From Candidatus Staskawiczbacteria bacterium RIFCSPHIGHO2_02_FULL_43_16 (GTDB lineage: Bacteria; Patescibacteriota; Minisyncoccia; Minisyncoccales; Staskawiczbacteraceae): a DNA stretch of 53,807 bases. A program made the position numbers and the translations under genes. Below are positions 27,466 to 37,647 of this stretch, in pieces. The stretch covers positions 1 through 53,807 of the forward strand of contig MHOU01000008.1 of the NCBI GenBank assembly GCA_001821935.1, given 5' to 3'. Position 1 is the first letter of the stretch, and each line of letters opens with the position of its first letter. Under the pieces are notes generated by a model, which had not been told where the DNA came from, did not search any database, and saw nothing but the letters and a program-made list of their open reading frames with translations.

Positions 27466-28007
27466 ATGTAAAGCTTTACCGGTTACATTTTGGCAAAAAG
27501 GGTTTTTCCTTGGTTGAGGTTCTGGTTTCGGTTGCCATATCTTCATTTGTTTTGTTGGCTATTTTGGGGTTTGTTTTCTGGATGAATGTTACCAATCTTA
27601 AAACCAAAGCCAACGCCAACACCCTGGAAAATGCCCGCCGGATATTAGATGTGATAGCTTATGAAATAAAGGGAGCCGAAAATGTGTATTCGCCCACCAC
27701 CGGCGCAGCCCAGCTTTCTTTAAAAACCCTCCGGCACTTGCCTCTGGATGAAGACGTGACATTCATTGATTTTTTCTTGTGTGGCGCGGATAGTACAGAT
27801 ATTTGCTTGAAAAAAGAATCCCAGGTTCCCGTCGTGTTAAATGCTGGCAACGTAGCCATAACCAGCCTTTCCTTTTCGCAAATTGCCAATGGCGCCAACA
27901 CATCGGTTAAAATAAGCCTAACGGTTGAGAACAAAAATCCCACTAACGAAACCAGCCAAAGTTCTCTGGTGACATTGGATTCAACGGTTTCTTTAAGAAG
28001 TTATTAA
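27462..28007 (+). CDS. Minor pilin (PilW-like)
   Basis: KKGFSLVEVLVSV. Confidence 0.85.
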   Translation: MNVKLYRLHFGKKGFSLVEVLVSVAISSFVLLAILGFVFWMNVTNLKTKANANTLENARRILDVIAYEIKGAENVYSPTTGAAQLSLKTLRHLPLDEDVTFIDFFLCGADSTDICLKKESQVPVVLNAGNVAITSLSFSQIANGANTSVKISLTVENKNPTNETSQSSLVTLDSTVSLRSY

Positions 28008-28008
28008 T

Positions 28009-29253
28009 ATGAAACATATCATCAACAACCAGCAAGGCTTTGTCGTTTCTGTTATTACTTTTTTTGTGTTGATTATCATGTTGGCGGTGGCGGTGAGCAT
28101 GAGCGCTTTGGTGGCCCAGCGCCAGGGCGTTTCCACTAACGCGGTCAAAGCCACCCAGTCTTACTACGCGGCCGAATCTGGCATTGAAGATGCGCTGCTC
28201 AGGCTGAACAATGATCCCTCAATTTCCACGCTTTCGTACGCATTGCCCGTTGGCGGAGCCATAGCTGATGTTACCATCCCGGCCGCGGTGGGCGGGTCGC
28301 GGGCTATCAGTTCAAAGGGGGATGTGGATGGCCGTATCAGGACCGTAGAAACGGTATACAGCCTTGATGCCGCCGCCGCATCGTTTTTTTATGGCGCCCA
28401 GGTAGGCGAGGGCGGGTTGGATATGTCTAACGGAAGCCGGATTAAGGGCAACGTGTTTTCCAATGGCAACATTACCGGCACCGGAACGATTGATAATGAG
28501 GTCATCGTGGCGGGCAACGGTCATAGTATTGAAGATGTGTACGTGGGAGGCAGCGTGCAAAGTTATAGCTGTCTGGCTTCGGCCAGCGTGGCCAACTTAA
28601 CCTATGTGACGGGGGGAGTCCATACCTGTACGGTGCGGGGCAGCACTTCTTTACAATCCGATGAAATTCCCACCCAGCCCATGCCTATCAGCCAGTCGCA
28701 AATTAACGACTGGAAAACTGAAGCCGCCGCCGGCCAGGTGATAACCGGAAATTATAGCATTGGAAATAATGCCACCGTATCTCTGGGTCACGTTAAAATT
28801 ACCGGCAACCTGAGTTTTGGCAACGGAGCCGTCCTTAACATTACCGGGGTCATTTACGTGCAGGGTAACATTATTTTCGGTAACTCCAATACCATCCGTT
28901 TGGACAGTTCGTACGGTTCCCTCAGCGGGGTGTTTGTGCTTGATGGCACCATGGACACGGGCAATAACACGGTGCTGACGGGTTCGGGCCAGGAGGGAAG
29001 CTATTTATTGGTATTATCAACCAACGTATCGGATACGGCCATTGAAGTCAGCAACAACGCCGACGGCGCGGTATTTTACACCACGGTCGGGGGCATTAAG
29101 GTCAACAACAACGTAAGCGTGAGCGAATTGGTGGGATATAAAGTGAAACTCAATAACAACGCCGTGTTGGACTATAATAGCGGTTTGGCCAATACGTTTT
29201 TTTCATCAGGCCCCAGCGGCGGCTGGAAGGTGGAGAGCTGGCAGGAAAAATAG
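28009..29253 (+). CDS. PilX-like pilus protein
   Basis: QQGFV hydrophobic helix; SYYAAESGIEDALLRL. Confidence 0.8.
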   Translation: MKHIINNQQGFVVSVITFFVLIIMLAVAVSMSALVAQRQGVSTNAVKATQSYYAAESGIEDALLRLNNDPSISTLSYALPVGGAIADVTIPAAVGGSRAISSKGDVDGRIRTVETVYSLDAAAASFFYGAQVGEGGLDMSNGSRIKGNVFSNGNITGTGTIDNEVIVAGNGHSIEDVYVGGSVQSYSCLASASVANLTYVTGGVHTCTVRGSTSLQSDEIPTQPMPISQSQINDWKTEAAAGQVITGNYSIGNNATVSLGHVKITGNLSFGNGAVLNITGVIYVQGNIIFGNSNTIRLDSSYGSLSGVFVLDGTMDTGNNTVLTGSGQEGSYLLVLSTNVSDTAIEVSNNADGAVFYTTVGGIKVNNNVSVSELVGYKVKLNNNAVLDYNSGLANTFFSSGPSGGWKVESWQEK

Positions 29254-29345
29254 TCCCATTTCTATGGTATAATAACTGAATTACCAAGCACATAAAATCT
29301 AAAGATTTTTGTGCTCGGTGAAAATTTTTAAATATTTAAATTTTC

Positions 29346-30464
29346 ATGTTTAAGTTTTTAAATTTACAGCCCGAATTGTTTGCTCTGGACATTAATGATT
29401 CTTCCGTAAAAGTGGTGAAACTGGAAAAAAGGAAGAAGAATTTTTTCCTGGCTTCTTATAATGAATTAAGGATTGCGCCCAATATTGTAAGGGGCGGGGT
29501 GATTTTACAGCAGGAGGTTTTGGTAAAAATCATCCGGGGCGCTTTGGAGGGCGTTAAGGGTAAAAAGATCGCTACCAAGCATGTCGTGTTGTCATTGCCG
29601 GAAGAGAAATCATTTTCCCAAATCATCCAAATGCCGCGCATGACCGAACAGGAATTAAAAAAAGCCGTGCCGTTTGAAGCGGAAAATTATATTCCTCTTC
29701 CCATTGACAGCGTCTATTTGGATTTCCAAGTCATTAATGCCCATCAAGAAGTTACGGACAGCGCCCATTTGGATATTTTAGTCAACGCCATGCCCAAGTA
29801 TATTGTTGATTCATATGTCGCCTGCGCGAAGGCGGCGGGCCTGGTGCCTTGCGTGCTGGAAATTGAGTCCCAGTCAATTGCTCGGGCCCTGGTAGAAAAC
29901 GGCCAGGCGCAAAAACCGGTGGCACTGATTGATGTTGGCAAAGACAATACCAGTTTCATTATCTTTTCAGGCAGTGCGCCGCGCTTTACCACTTCCGTGC
30001 CATTTTCTTCAAAACAGCTTACAGTTGCCATTGAAGGCGCGCTTCATGTAACCTCTCAAAAAGCCGAGGAGTTAAAAGTAAAAAACGGCCTGGTATCCAA
30101 AAAAGGCAAAGAAAACAAAGAAGCCATACTCGCCATGACACCGCTGCTGGAAGACTTCGCTTTAAAGATTAAAAAGTATATTGGCTTTTACCATGGCCAT
30201 TCTTCCCACGATTATTTTCCTTCGGATGATGATATTGAAAAAATCATCTTGTGCGGCGGCGGAGCCAATTTAAAAGGTTTGGCGGAATTTCTCTCAACGG
30301 CTCTTCATATCCCGGTTGGGTTGGGCGATCCCTTCATTAATATTATCCCCTGCAATAAGGGGGAGAGGTGCCCCATTATTTACCAAAAAGCCCTATCATA
30401 CACTACCGCTTTTGGTTTGGCGCTACGTGCTGCCGCCAACCAAGAAGATCAGCTCAATGATTAA
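29346..30464 (+). CDS. pilM: Type IV pilus assembly protein PilM
   Basis: ALDINDSSVK, EAENYIP, IDVG, LCGGGA. Confidence 0.9.
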   Translation: MFKFLNLQPELFALDINDSSVKVVKLEKRKKNFFLASYNELRIAPNIVRGGVILQQEVLVKIIRGALEGVKGKKIATKHVVLSLPEEKSFSQIIQMPRMTEQELKKAVPFEAENYIPLPIDSVYLDFQVINAHQEVTDSAHLDILVNAMPKYIVDSYVACAKAAGLVPCVLEIESQSIARALVENGQAQKPVALIDVGKDNTSFIIFSGSAPRFTTSVPFSSKQLTVAIEGALHVTSQKAEELKVKNGLVSKKGKENKEAILAMTPLLEDFALKIKKYIGFYHGHSSHDYFPSDDDIEKIILCGGGANLKGLAEFLSTALHIPVGLGDPFINIIPCNKGERCPIIYQKALSYTTAFGLALRAAANQEDQLND

Positions 30465-31014
30465 TTTATTGCCATTACAGGAAAAGAAGGAATTGCTGGC
30501 CCAAAAAAACCAAAAACTGGCGGCCGTGCTGGCATACATGGGTTTGGCGGCGCTGGCCTGTTTTGCGTTAATATTGCTTTCACTTTATTTTTATGTTTTA
30601 ACCGAGGTTGCCTACCATAGAGAAATATTGCGATCGGCTAAAAATACATATCAAACTAACGACTTCTTGAGTTATAAAAATATCATAAGCCAAAGCAACC
30701 AGGCTTTGCTCAAACTGGATAATTTCTATAAAAAAGAGGTGCGTTTTAGCGGTGCCTTAAAGACGGTTTCTGATATCCCAAAACCTGCGGATTTACGAGT
30801 AACCGATATCACCATGGAGCCGGGAACTAAAAATACCATTAAGATGGGCATTGGCGGGGTGGCGGACAGCCGTGAAAGCCTGCTGGCCTTTAAAGACAGT
30901 ATCCAACAGCAAAAAAGCGTCACGAACGTTTATTTTCCGCCGGATAATTGGATAAAGCCCAAAGACATCAATTTTTATTTAACCCTTGAGGTAATGCCTC
31001 CTAACGGCCCATGA
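30457..31014 (+). CDS. pilN: PilN-like protein
   Basis: MINLLP motif plus TM, directly after pilM. Confidence 0.8.
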   Translation: MINLLPLQEKKELLAQKNQKLAAVLAYMGLAALACFALILLSLYFYVLTEVAYHREILRSAKNTYQTNDFLSYKNIISQSNQALLKLDNFYKKEVRFSGALKTVSDIPKPADLRVTDITMEPGTKNTIKMGIGGVADSRESLLAFKDSIQQQKSVTNVYFPPDNWIKPKDINFYLTLEVMPPNGP

Positions 31015-31568
31015 CTATTATTCCTAAAAATAAATGGCAAGTCACCTTGTTAATTCTTGCCGGCACGCTGATCGTGGCCCTGGCGGTTTTTTCTTATCTG
31101 GTTTTCGGGGCGATTCTTGGCGCCTCGGCTCAAATCACCCTGTCAAAAAAAGAGGTGGCATTGATGCAATTACAGGACAAAGAATTGGATTCTTTTAAAT
31201 CTCGGTATGGCGAGTATCAGGAAGATTTAAATAAGATCGGCCAGTTGTTTGTTGACGGCGCAAACCCCGTAGCCTTTATCACGTTTCTGGAAGGTATTTC
31301 TTCTGATACAAATATAACCAGCGATGTGGCCATAGCGCCCGCCACCAATAAAGAAGGGGCTTTGGGGGGGCGCAATATTACGTTTCAAATACGCGTCTAT
31401 GGCGACTTTTCAGATGTGTTGAAGTTCTCTGAAAAATTGGAAGCCGGGCCGTATTTGGTCAGGATAAACAGCTTTACGGTTAAAAAAAGCCAAAAAGATG
31501 CTGATGGTAAAGTCGCATCCGCCGATGCCGTGGAAGCGTATCTATTAGTAGAGGCGTTGCCCAGGTAA
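31011..31568 (+). CDS. pilO: PilO-like protein
   Basis: TM, coiled coil, GDFSDVLKFSEKLE; operon position. Confidence 0.7.
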   Translation: MTIIPKNKWQVTLLILAGTLIVALAVFSYLVFGAILGASAQITLSKKEVALMQLQDKELDSFKSRYGEYQEDLNKIGQLFVDGANPVAFITFLEGISSDTNITSDVAIAPATNKEGALGGRNITFQIRVYGDFSDVLKFSEKLEAGPYLVRINSFTVKKSQKDADGKVASADAVEAYLLVEALPR

Positions 31569-31659
31569 AATATTATAGAAATTGCTTGCGCAATTTATAT
31601 AATTAATCGTGCGGTCGCTATGAAAATTTGCTATTTTCATATCTCCCTTACTCATAATT

Positions 31660-31980
31660 ATGGAAAACATATTTAACATTATTATTGAAGATAGTAAAAA
31701 AACGGTGGCTAAATATGGAGCCGTTGCCAAAAAACTTCCATGGGTTTTAGCGCGCCATGCGTTTTTATTTATCTTGTTGTTTGTTGTCTTGGAAGCGGTC
31801 ATCGGTACTTTCTTATTTTACGCCTACATCTTTGTTCCCAAAACAAAAAATACAGAAATGGTTGATTCTCCTGAAACGTTTCAGGAAAAAACTTATCGGT
31901 CAGTGCTAGAAGCATGGGAAAAGCGAGATGCCATTATTGAAAGTTCACCGCAAGAGGAATATAATGACCCATTTCAGTAA
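31660..31980 (+). CDS. Hypothetical single-TM protein
   Basis: ORF ending DPFQ after the pil cluster. Confidence 0.55.
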   Translation: MENIFNIIIEDSKKTVAKYGAVAKKLPWVLARHAFLFILLFVVLEAVIGTFLFYAYIFVPKTKNTEMVDSPETFQEKTYRSVLEAWEKRDAIIESSPQEEYNDPFQ

Positions 31981-31982
31981 AC

Positions 31983-32070
31983 ACCGCGGAAGTCCGCAGA
32001 AATTAACGCAGAAAAACGCGGAAGAACGTTTCCGCGAAATTCCGCGTAAGATTCCGCGTCATTCCGCGAA
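31983..32070. repeat. ACGCGGA/TCCGCG inverted repeat cluster
   Basis: Four CGC(G/A)GA units then four TTCCGCG units. Confidence 0.7.
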
Positions 32071-32075
32071 AAATT

Positions 32076-32459
32076 ATGAGTAAACGAATAATTTTAGTTG
32101 AGGACGATGCGGCCATTATAGATATTTATCAGACGGTGATGGCCAAAAGCCACTTTGATGTCCAAGTGCTGAGTTTGGGTGCGGATGTACTTAAAGAAAT
32201 AAAAGAAATAGAGGAAGGAAAAGTGCCATCGCCGGCAGCCTTGTTGCTGGACTTAATATTGCCCGACATGAATGGTATTGATATTCTTGTCCAGATACGC
32301 AAGAATCACGCCACCAAAGATATGAAAGTGTTTATATTAACCAACCAGGAAAACGCCGAAAAGCAAATGCCCGAAGGCATCAAAGCCGATAAAATCATCA
32401 TCAAGGCTAACACCAGTCCTACTGATCTGGTGGAAATCATCAAGAAGGCTGTAACATAA
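32076..32459 (+). CDS. Stand-alone response regulator receiver
   Basis: LVEDD, LLDLILPDMNG, LTN, K. Confidence 0.9.
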   Translation: MSKRIILVEDDAAIIDIYQTVMAKSHFDVQVLSLGADVLKEIKEIEEGKVPSPAALLLDLILPDMNGIDILVQIRKNHATKDMKVFILTNQENAEKQMPEGIKADKIIIKANTSPTDLVEIIKKAVT

Positions 32460-32507
32460 TTGGTGCAATAAAATAACCCTGGAATCCTTCCAGGGTTTTC
32501 GCGCAGT

Positions 32508-33641
32508 TTAGTGCGCCTTTTTGACGTTTTGTATCTGTGGAGCTCCGAACTGGTTTTCAAACGGTTCCTTCAGCAATGGCCACAGTCCGTAAAACCACGC
32601 GCCGGCTATCAAAAACCATGCCAGGGCGAATGGAAAAGCATACTTGATGTAGAATTTCCATTCCGGAATGGTTTTAAAGAGCATTACTCCCACCAGGCTA
32701 CTGATGGGGGTTAAGAGCACGGCTGTGCTCAGAATATGGACATCATGCCACATATCCCCGCTCACCGGAAAAATGGCTCCCGTCAAAACCCCGTTTATCA
32801 CAGAGGGGAAGAAGGCCCACCATCCGCCCCACTTTGCCATATAGGGTTCAATTGGACCTGCCACGAAAGCGGCGAACACCAGTAGAAGCATCACCCCCAC
32901 TTCTGTTTCCGTTTTCATGATGTCTATTAAATCTTCTCCCTGGCCGGTGACAAAAGAGTACGCCAGCAAGATGCCAAGGCACAAAAAGGCATCGTGGGTG
33001 TAGAGCAAAAGCAAAATGGCTCCGGCAAACTCAAGGTAGTCACCCCAGTCAGCTTCGGTTTTCTTTTGGTGCCCGTTGCCATTGGTGCCGTTGCCATTTT
33101 TAAACGGCAACACTTTTAGTTCCAGCTTTGACGCCACAACCGAAAGCATCGACAAAAAAACAAACACCGGCGGGATCATGGGAAGCATGGAATACCAATC
33201 CCTTTGCCCGTACTTTAGGAGAACTGGTAGTATGTATATTTCTCCAATGTAAAGGGTGAGTCCTCCGATCAGGGCGGCAAACATGTTGAGCGCCTTGAAT
33301 TTCATCTTTGCCTTTTTCTCTCCCTGAAGGTTGGCTGCCTCGACCAAAAGCAACACCAAAAAGCTGTCCATGAATCCACTGATTAATCCACTGATGAGCG
33401 GATAGGCTCGAATGGGTATGGCCTTGCCGGCGATGCTGGAGGGAAAGGGGATTCTGGTAATTCCCATCAATCCTCCAAGAAAGATGACCAGCACAATGGT
33501 TTCCGGGACCACATTAAGGTGTGGCAGAAGACTTTCCTTGTAGAGCCAGATGAGGGCGAACCCGACCAGGCCCAGGAAAAGGCATTCCATATTCCAGCAC
33601 TTCTTCCGTTTTTCCGTCCCAACAACACTATTGGAGTCCAT
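32508..33641 (-). CDS. Multi-pass membrane transporter (ion-transporter superfamily-like)
   Basis: Protein is encoded on the minus strand (CAT at 33639-33641, TTA at 32508-32510) although the ORF track labels it +; SGFMDS and IGGLTLYIGE resemble IT/NhaD-type motifs. Confidence 0.7.
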   Translation of the reverse strand: MDSNSVVGTEKRKKCWNMECLFLGLVGFALIWLYKESLLPHLNVVPETIVLVIFLGGLMGITRIPFPSSIAGKAIPIRAYPLISGLISGFMDSFLVLLLVEAANLQGEKKAKMKFKALNMFAALIGGLTLYIGEIYILPVLLKYGQRDWYSMLPMIPPVFVFLSMLSVVASKLELKVLPFKNGNGTNGNGHQKKTEADWGDYLEFAGAILLLLYTHDAFLCLGILLAYSFVTGQGEDLIDIMKTETEVGVMLLLVFAAFVAGPIEPYMAKWGGWWAFFPSVINGVLTGAIFPVSGDMWHDVHILSTAVLLTPISSLVGVMLFKTIPEWKFYIKYAFPFALAWFLIAGAWFYGLWPLLKEPFENQFGAPQIQNVKKAH

Positions 33642-33810
33642 TCTACCCTTCCTTCTAGAAAAAGTTTTTAATGTTCTAAACGCAAAAGAATTATAACACG
33701 AAAGTTATAAAAATACAATTGTTTGGGTAATCTTATTGTTATTGCAAAAAATATAAAATCGGGTTACAGTGGAATCATTAATTAATTAGTTCTGACCGCT
33801 TCCGATTAAT

Positions 33811-34083
33811 ATGAATGCATTACAACAAGAGCAACACAAGCAAATAGAAAAAATATTTTGGCTGGGGCTTCAAATTTCATTTATTTTTGCCATTCCGGCC
33901 GGTATTGCTGTTTTTGCGGGTAAAAAAGTTGATGCGATGCTTGGTACCGATGGTTTGGCAACCACTATCGCCCTGGCAACGGCTTTTATTTTTTCCTGGG
34001 CCTTAGTTTTGGTTCAGTACCACCGCTTAAATAAAAAATTGAAAGAGGTGAACCGGCGCATAAAAGAAAATAACCATGTTTAA
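33811..34083 (+). CDS. AtpZ/AtpI-like protein
   Basis: Two TMs, G..VD motif, first gene of the atp operon. Confidence 0.7.
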   Translation: MNALQQEQHKQIEKIFWLGLQISFIFAIPAGIAVFAGKKVDAMLGTDGLATTIALATAFIFSWALVLVQYHRLNKKLKEVNRRIKENNHV

Positions 34084-34879
34084 TTTGAACTTTTTACAAA
34101 TATCCCGACCCATAGACCTCATATATTCTGAAACTATTTTTACAATAGCGGGTTTTCAGATAAATAACTCCACGATTTTTATTTTCCTTATCTTGCTTTT
34201 GTGCGCTCTTTTTTGTTTTTATGTTGTCACCAGGTTCACCCTGCTTCCCGGAAAAATCCAAGGGGCGGTTGAATTGGTATATGAATTGATTGAAAACCTT
34301 GTTTTGCAAATTACCGGAAGCAAAAAGCAGACCAAGTTTATTTTACCTTTTGTCGGCTCCATATTTTTATTTGTGTTATTTTCCAACCTTATGGGAATTT
34401 TACCCGGATTAACCAATATTACCTATAATGGCAAGGCGCTACTGAGAATTCCAACGGCGGATTTCAGCACCACTTTTTCTTTGGCGGTGGCTTCAATGGC
34501 AGTGATTCAAATAATGAGCATTAAAGATTTTGGGATGTTAGGTTATGTGGGAAGATTTATAAAAATCCATGAGGTATATTTTGGTTTTAAAGACGGGTTC
34601 AAAAATGGCATGATTTCCGTGGTGAATCTTTTTGTCGGTTTTTTGGATATCATCGGGGAAATTGCCAAAGTGCTTTCAATTTCGTTAAGGTTGTTTGGAA
34701 ATATGTACGCAGGGATTGTATTGGCAACGGTCATTGGTGGGATTGTGGCATATGTGTTGCCTGTTTTTTTGGTGGGGATGGGTTTGCTGGTTGCGGTTGT
34801 CCAGGCGATCGTTTTTACTTCATTGATAACCATATATTACATGTTGGCACTTAAGCCGGCGCCCCAGGAAGATTCTTAG
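34076..34879 (+). CDS. atpB: ATP synthase subunit a
   Basis: PTAD, SLRLFGNMYAG, QAIVF. Confidence 0.95.
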   Translation: MFNLNFLQISRPIDLIYSETIFTIAGFQINNSTIFIFLILLLCALFCFYVVTRFTLLPGKIQGAVELVYELIENLVLQITGSKKQTKFILPFVGSIFLFVLFSNLMGILPGLTNITYNGKALLRIPTADFSTTFSLAVASMAVIQIMSIKDFGMLGYVGRFIKIHEVYFGFKDGFKNGMISVVNLFVGFLDIIGEIAKVLSISLRLFGNMYAGIVLATVIGGIVAYVLPVFLVGMGLLVAVVQAIVFTSLITIYYMLALKPAPQEDS

Positions 34880-34942
34880 CAGAGCAGAAAGTATTTAGTA
34901 GCTTACAGTAAATAATAATATTAAAAATAACATAAAAACATT

Positions 34943-35158
34943 ATGGAAGTAGAATCAGCGAGGTTAATTGCAAAAAGCATTATTATAATGGCAATGTTGG
35001 GGACAGCCATTGGAGAAGGCTATCTTTTGGGCAAGGGTTTTGAGGCCATGGGCAGGAATCCGGAAATTTCTGATTCTCTGTTTACCAAAATGATTATCGG
35101 GGTGGCGATGGCTGAATCAACCGCCATTTACGCCTTGGTGGCATTCTTTATTATCTAA
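34943..35158 (+). CDS. atpE: ATP synthase subunit c
   Basis: GRNPE loop, AESTAIY. Confidence 0.95.
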   Translation: MEVESARLIAKSIIIMAMLGTAIGEGYLLGKGFEAMGRNPEISDSLFTKMIIGVAMAESTAIYALVAFFII

Positions 35159-35169
35159 CCCTTTGTGGC

Positions 35170-35685
35170 ATGGTAAACCTTTACGAAATTTTACAAAAAA
35201 TCGGATTTGACTGGCAGGTGGCTTTAGCTAACCTGGTCAATTTTTTGATTATTCTTTTTTTGCTTAAAAAGTTTGCCTTCAAGCCCATTGGAAAACTGAT
35301 CAAAGACCGGCAGGATAAAATTAGTGAAGGTTTGCAAAAAGCCAAAGAAGCGGATGTCCGGTTGGCACAAGTGGATGCGATTGCCATTTTACGCCTGAAA
35401 GAAACAGACCAAAAATCCGCCGTTATGATGAGCCAGGCGCAAGAGCGCGCCAAAAAATTGGAAGAAGGCTTGGTGAAAAAAGCGCAAGAACGGCAACGCC
35501 AGCTACTAGCGCAAGCAGAGGACCAGCACAAAAAAGCGCAGGAAGAATCACAAAGGCAGATATTAAAAGAGGCCGGAGTCTTGGTTAAAGAAATGATTGT
35601 TAAAACCGTTGAGTTAAAGCCCGAAGCCGTTGATGAGGCGCTCATAGAAAAAGCCGTTTTACAGTTGCACCATGGCAAACATTAA
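35170..35685 (+). CDS. atpF: ATP synthase subunit b
   Basis: NFLIILFLLKKFAFKPI..RQ. Confidence 0.92.
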   Translation: MVNLYEILQKIGFDWQVALANLVNFLIILFLLKKFAFKPIGKLIKDRQDKISEGLQKAKEADVRLAQVDAIAILRLKETDQKSAVMMSQAQERAKKLEEGLVKKAQERQRQLLAQAEDQHKKAQEESQRQILKEAGVLVKEMIVKTVELKPEAVDEALIEKAVLQLHHGKH

Positions 35686-36031
35686 ACCCAAAATGTACGC
35701 AGAGGTTCTTTTGACAGCATTGGCGGTTAAAAAGACCGGTATTTTTGAAAGGTTTTTGAAGGTGCTTGAAAGAAACGGCGATACAAAAAAACTAAAACAG
35801 ATTGCGGTATCGGCGGAAAAGATGCTTTTGGAAAAAAGCGGTCATAAAAGCGTGGTGATTGAAACCGCGCGTCGCTTGCCGAAAAATTCCCTGAAAGGTT
35901 TTATAAAAAATGGGGATGCGGTAGTCGAAAAAATAAATCCCGAATTGATTGCCGGAATGAGAGTTATCGTTAACGGAGAAAAACAATTGGATTTCTCTTT
36001 GCAAAAAAAGTTAAATGAAATTTTCAATTAA
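35672..36031 (+). CDS. atpH: ATP synthase subunit delta (short)
   Basis: INPELIAGM..DFS; operon position. Confidence 0.85.
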   Translation: MANIKPKMYAEVLLTALAVKKTGIFERFLKVLERNGDTKKLKQIAVSAEKMLLEKSGHKSVVIETARRLPKNSLKGFIKNGDAVVEKINPELIAGMRVIVNGEKQLDFSLQKKLNEIFN

Positions 36032-37567
36032 ATGTCACATGAAATTTTAGAAAAATTAAAACAACAGATTGAAGGTTATAAGCCTGATCCAAAATGGGAA
36101 GAAATCGGCACCATTATTGAAGTGGGTGATGGAATTATAAAAATTTCCGGTCTTTCCAATGTGCAAAGCCAGGAGGTTTTGGTGGTAGAGGCTGGGAAAG
36201 AAAAGATTAAGGCTGTGGCATTAAACCTTGAAGAAGACGCGGTGGGCGCCCTTTTGCTGGGCGATACGGCCGGAGTGAAAGCGGGGCAGACAGTAAAACG
36301 CACCAAGCAACTGCTCTCTATTAACGTGGGCGAGCAGTTGTTGGGCCGGGTGGTTGATCCGTTAGGAAGCCCCATGGACGGCAAAGGGCCAATTTTTTCA
36401 GAAAAAGACAAGCCAAAAGCAAGCCCTTTGGAAAATAACGCTCCTGATGTGTTGGCTCGTCAATCCGTAAAACAGCCGTTGCACACCGGAATTAAAGCTA
36501 TTGATGCCATGATCCCGATTGGTAGGGGTCAGAGAGAATTAATTATCGGAGACCGCGGAACCGGGAAAACGGCTATTGCGTTGGATATGATTATCAATCA
36601 AGGTAAAGAAAGCGGTGGACGCCTGACGTCCACGGTCTGCGTTTACGTGGCGGTTGGGCAGAAAGAATCTAAAATTGCTAAAATTGTTGAAACCTTAAAA
36701 AATAATAACGCCCTAGAATACACCATTGTGGTGGTGGCGGGAGCTTCAAGCCCGGCCGCTTGGTGGTATTTGGCTCCTTTTGCCGGATGCGCTATTGGTG
36801 AATATTTCCGCGACAAAGGCCAGGATGCCTTGATTATTTATGATGATTTATCAAAGCATGCCTGGGCATATAGGCAAATTTCTTTGCTTTTGCGTAGACC
36901 ACCGGGAAGAGAAGCCTATCCGGGAGACGTGTTTTATCTACATTCAAGGCTTTTGGAACGCGCCGCCAAACTTTCCAAAGAAAACGGCGGAGGTTCGCTT
37001 ACAGCGATTCCCATTATTGAAACGCAACTTGGCGACGGCACAGCTTATATTCCTACCAACGTTATTTCCATTACCGACGGGCAGATTTATTTGGAATCAG
37101 ATTTGTTTTATCAGGGCACGCGGCCGGCGGTAAACGTGGGTTTATCCGTTTCGCGCGTGGGAGGCGCAGCCCAAACCAAAGCTATGAAAAAAGTGGCGGG
37201 AAGGTTAAGGCTTGAATTGGCGCAGTTCAGGGAATTACAAACCTTCGTACAATTTGCTTCCGATGTTGACGAACAAACCAAACAAAAAATCCACAAGGGA
37301 AGAATTATGACCGAAGTCTTAAAACAGTCTGATTTAAATCCCTTTCCATTTGAAGAACAGGTGCTGGTTTTGTACGCGGCATTAAACGGATATTTTGATA
37401 AGTTCAAACCCGAAGAAATCCAGAAACTTGAAGTGAAATTTTTAGAGTACGTAAAAGATTTACATGGGAATCTGTTGGAATCATTGAAAACCGAAAAACA
37501 GATAACTGATGACATTGAGGGAAAGTTGAAGGAAGTAATCACTAAATTCATAGAATCTAGTATCTAG
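36032..37567 (+). CDS. atpA: ATP synthase subunit alpha
   Basis: [23 protein letters not shown]. Confidence 0.98.
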   Translation: MSHEILEKLKQQIEGYKPDPKWEEIGTIIEVGDGIIKISGLSNVQSQEVLVVEAGKEKIKAVALNLEEDAVGALLLGDTAGVKAGQTVKRTKQLLSINVGEQLLGRVVDPLGSPMDGKGPIFSEKDKPKASPLENNAPDVLARQSVKQPLHTGIKAIDAMIPIGRGQRELIIGDRGTGKTAIALDMIINQGKESGGRLTSTVCVYVAVGQKESKIAKIVETLKNNNALEYTIVVVAGASSPAAWWYLAPFAGCAIGEYFRDKGQDALIIYDDLSKHAWAYRQISLLLRRPPGREAYPGDVFYLHSRLLERAAKLSKENGGGSLTAIPIIETQLGDGTAYIPTNVISITDGQIYLESDLFYQGTRPAVNVGLSVSRVGGAAQTKAMKKVAGRLRLELAQFRELQTFVQFASDVDEQTKQKIHKGRIMTEVLKQSDLNPFPFEEQVLVLYAALNGYFDKFKPEEIQKLEVKFLEYVKDLHGNLLESLKTEKQITDDIEGKLKEVITKFIESSI

Positions 37568-37645
37568 TAGCTGGAATCTAGAATGGAATAGAGAATTCTG
37601 AATTCAAAATTCTATTCAAGCTACAAGATACAAGATTCCAGATTC
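37552..37645. repeat. Heptamer-unit inverted repeat between atpA and atpG
   Basis: GAATCTAG/TATCTAG units then CAAGATA/CAAGATT units. Confidence 0.55.
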
Positions 37646-37647
37646 AC

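Noticed and set aside
32508-33641. ORF track lists this 377-aa protein on the + strand
   Set aside because: The sequence shows start and stop codons on the minus strand; annotated as minus
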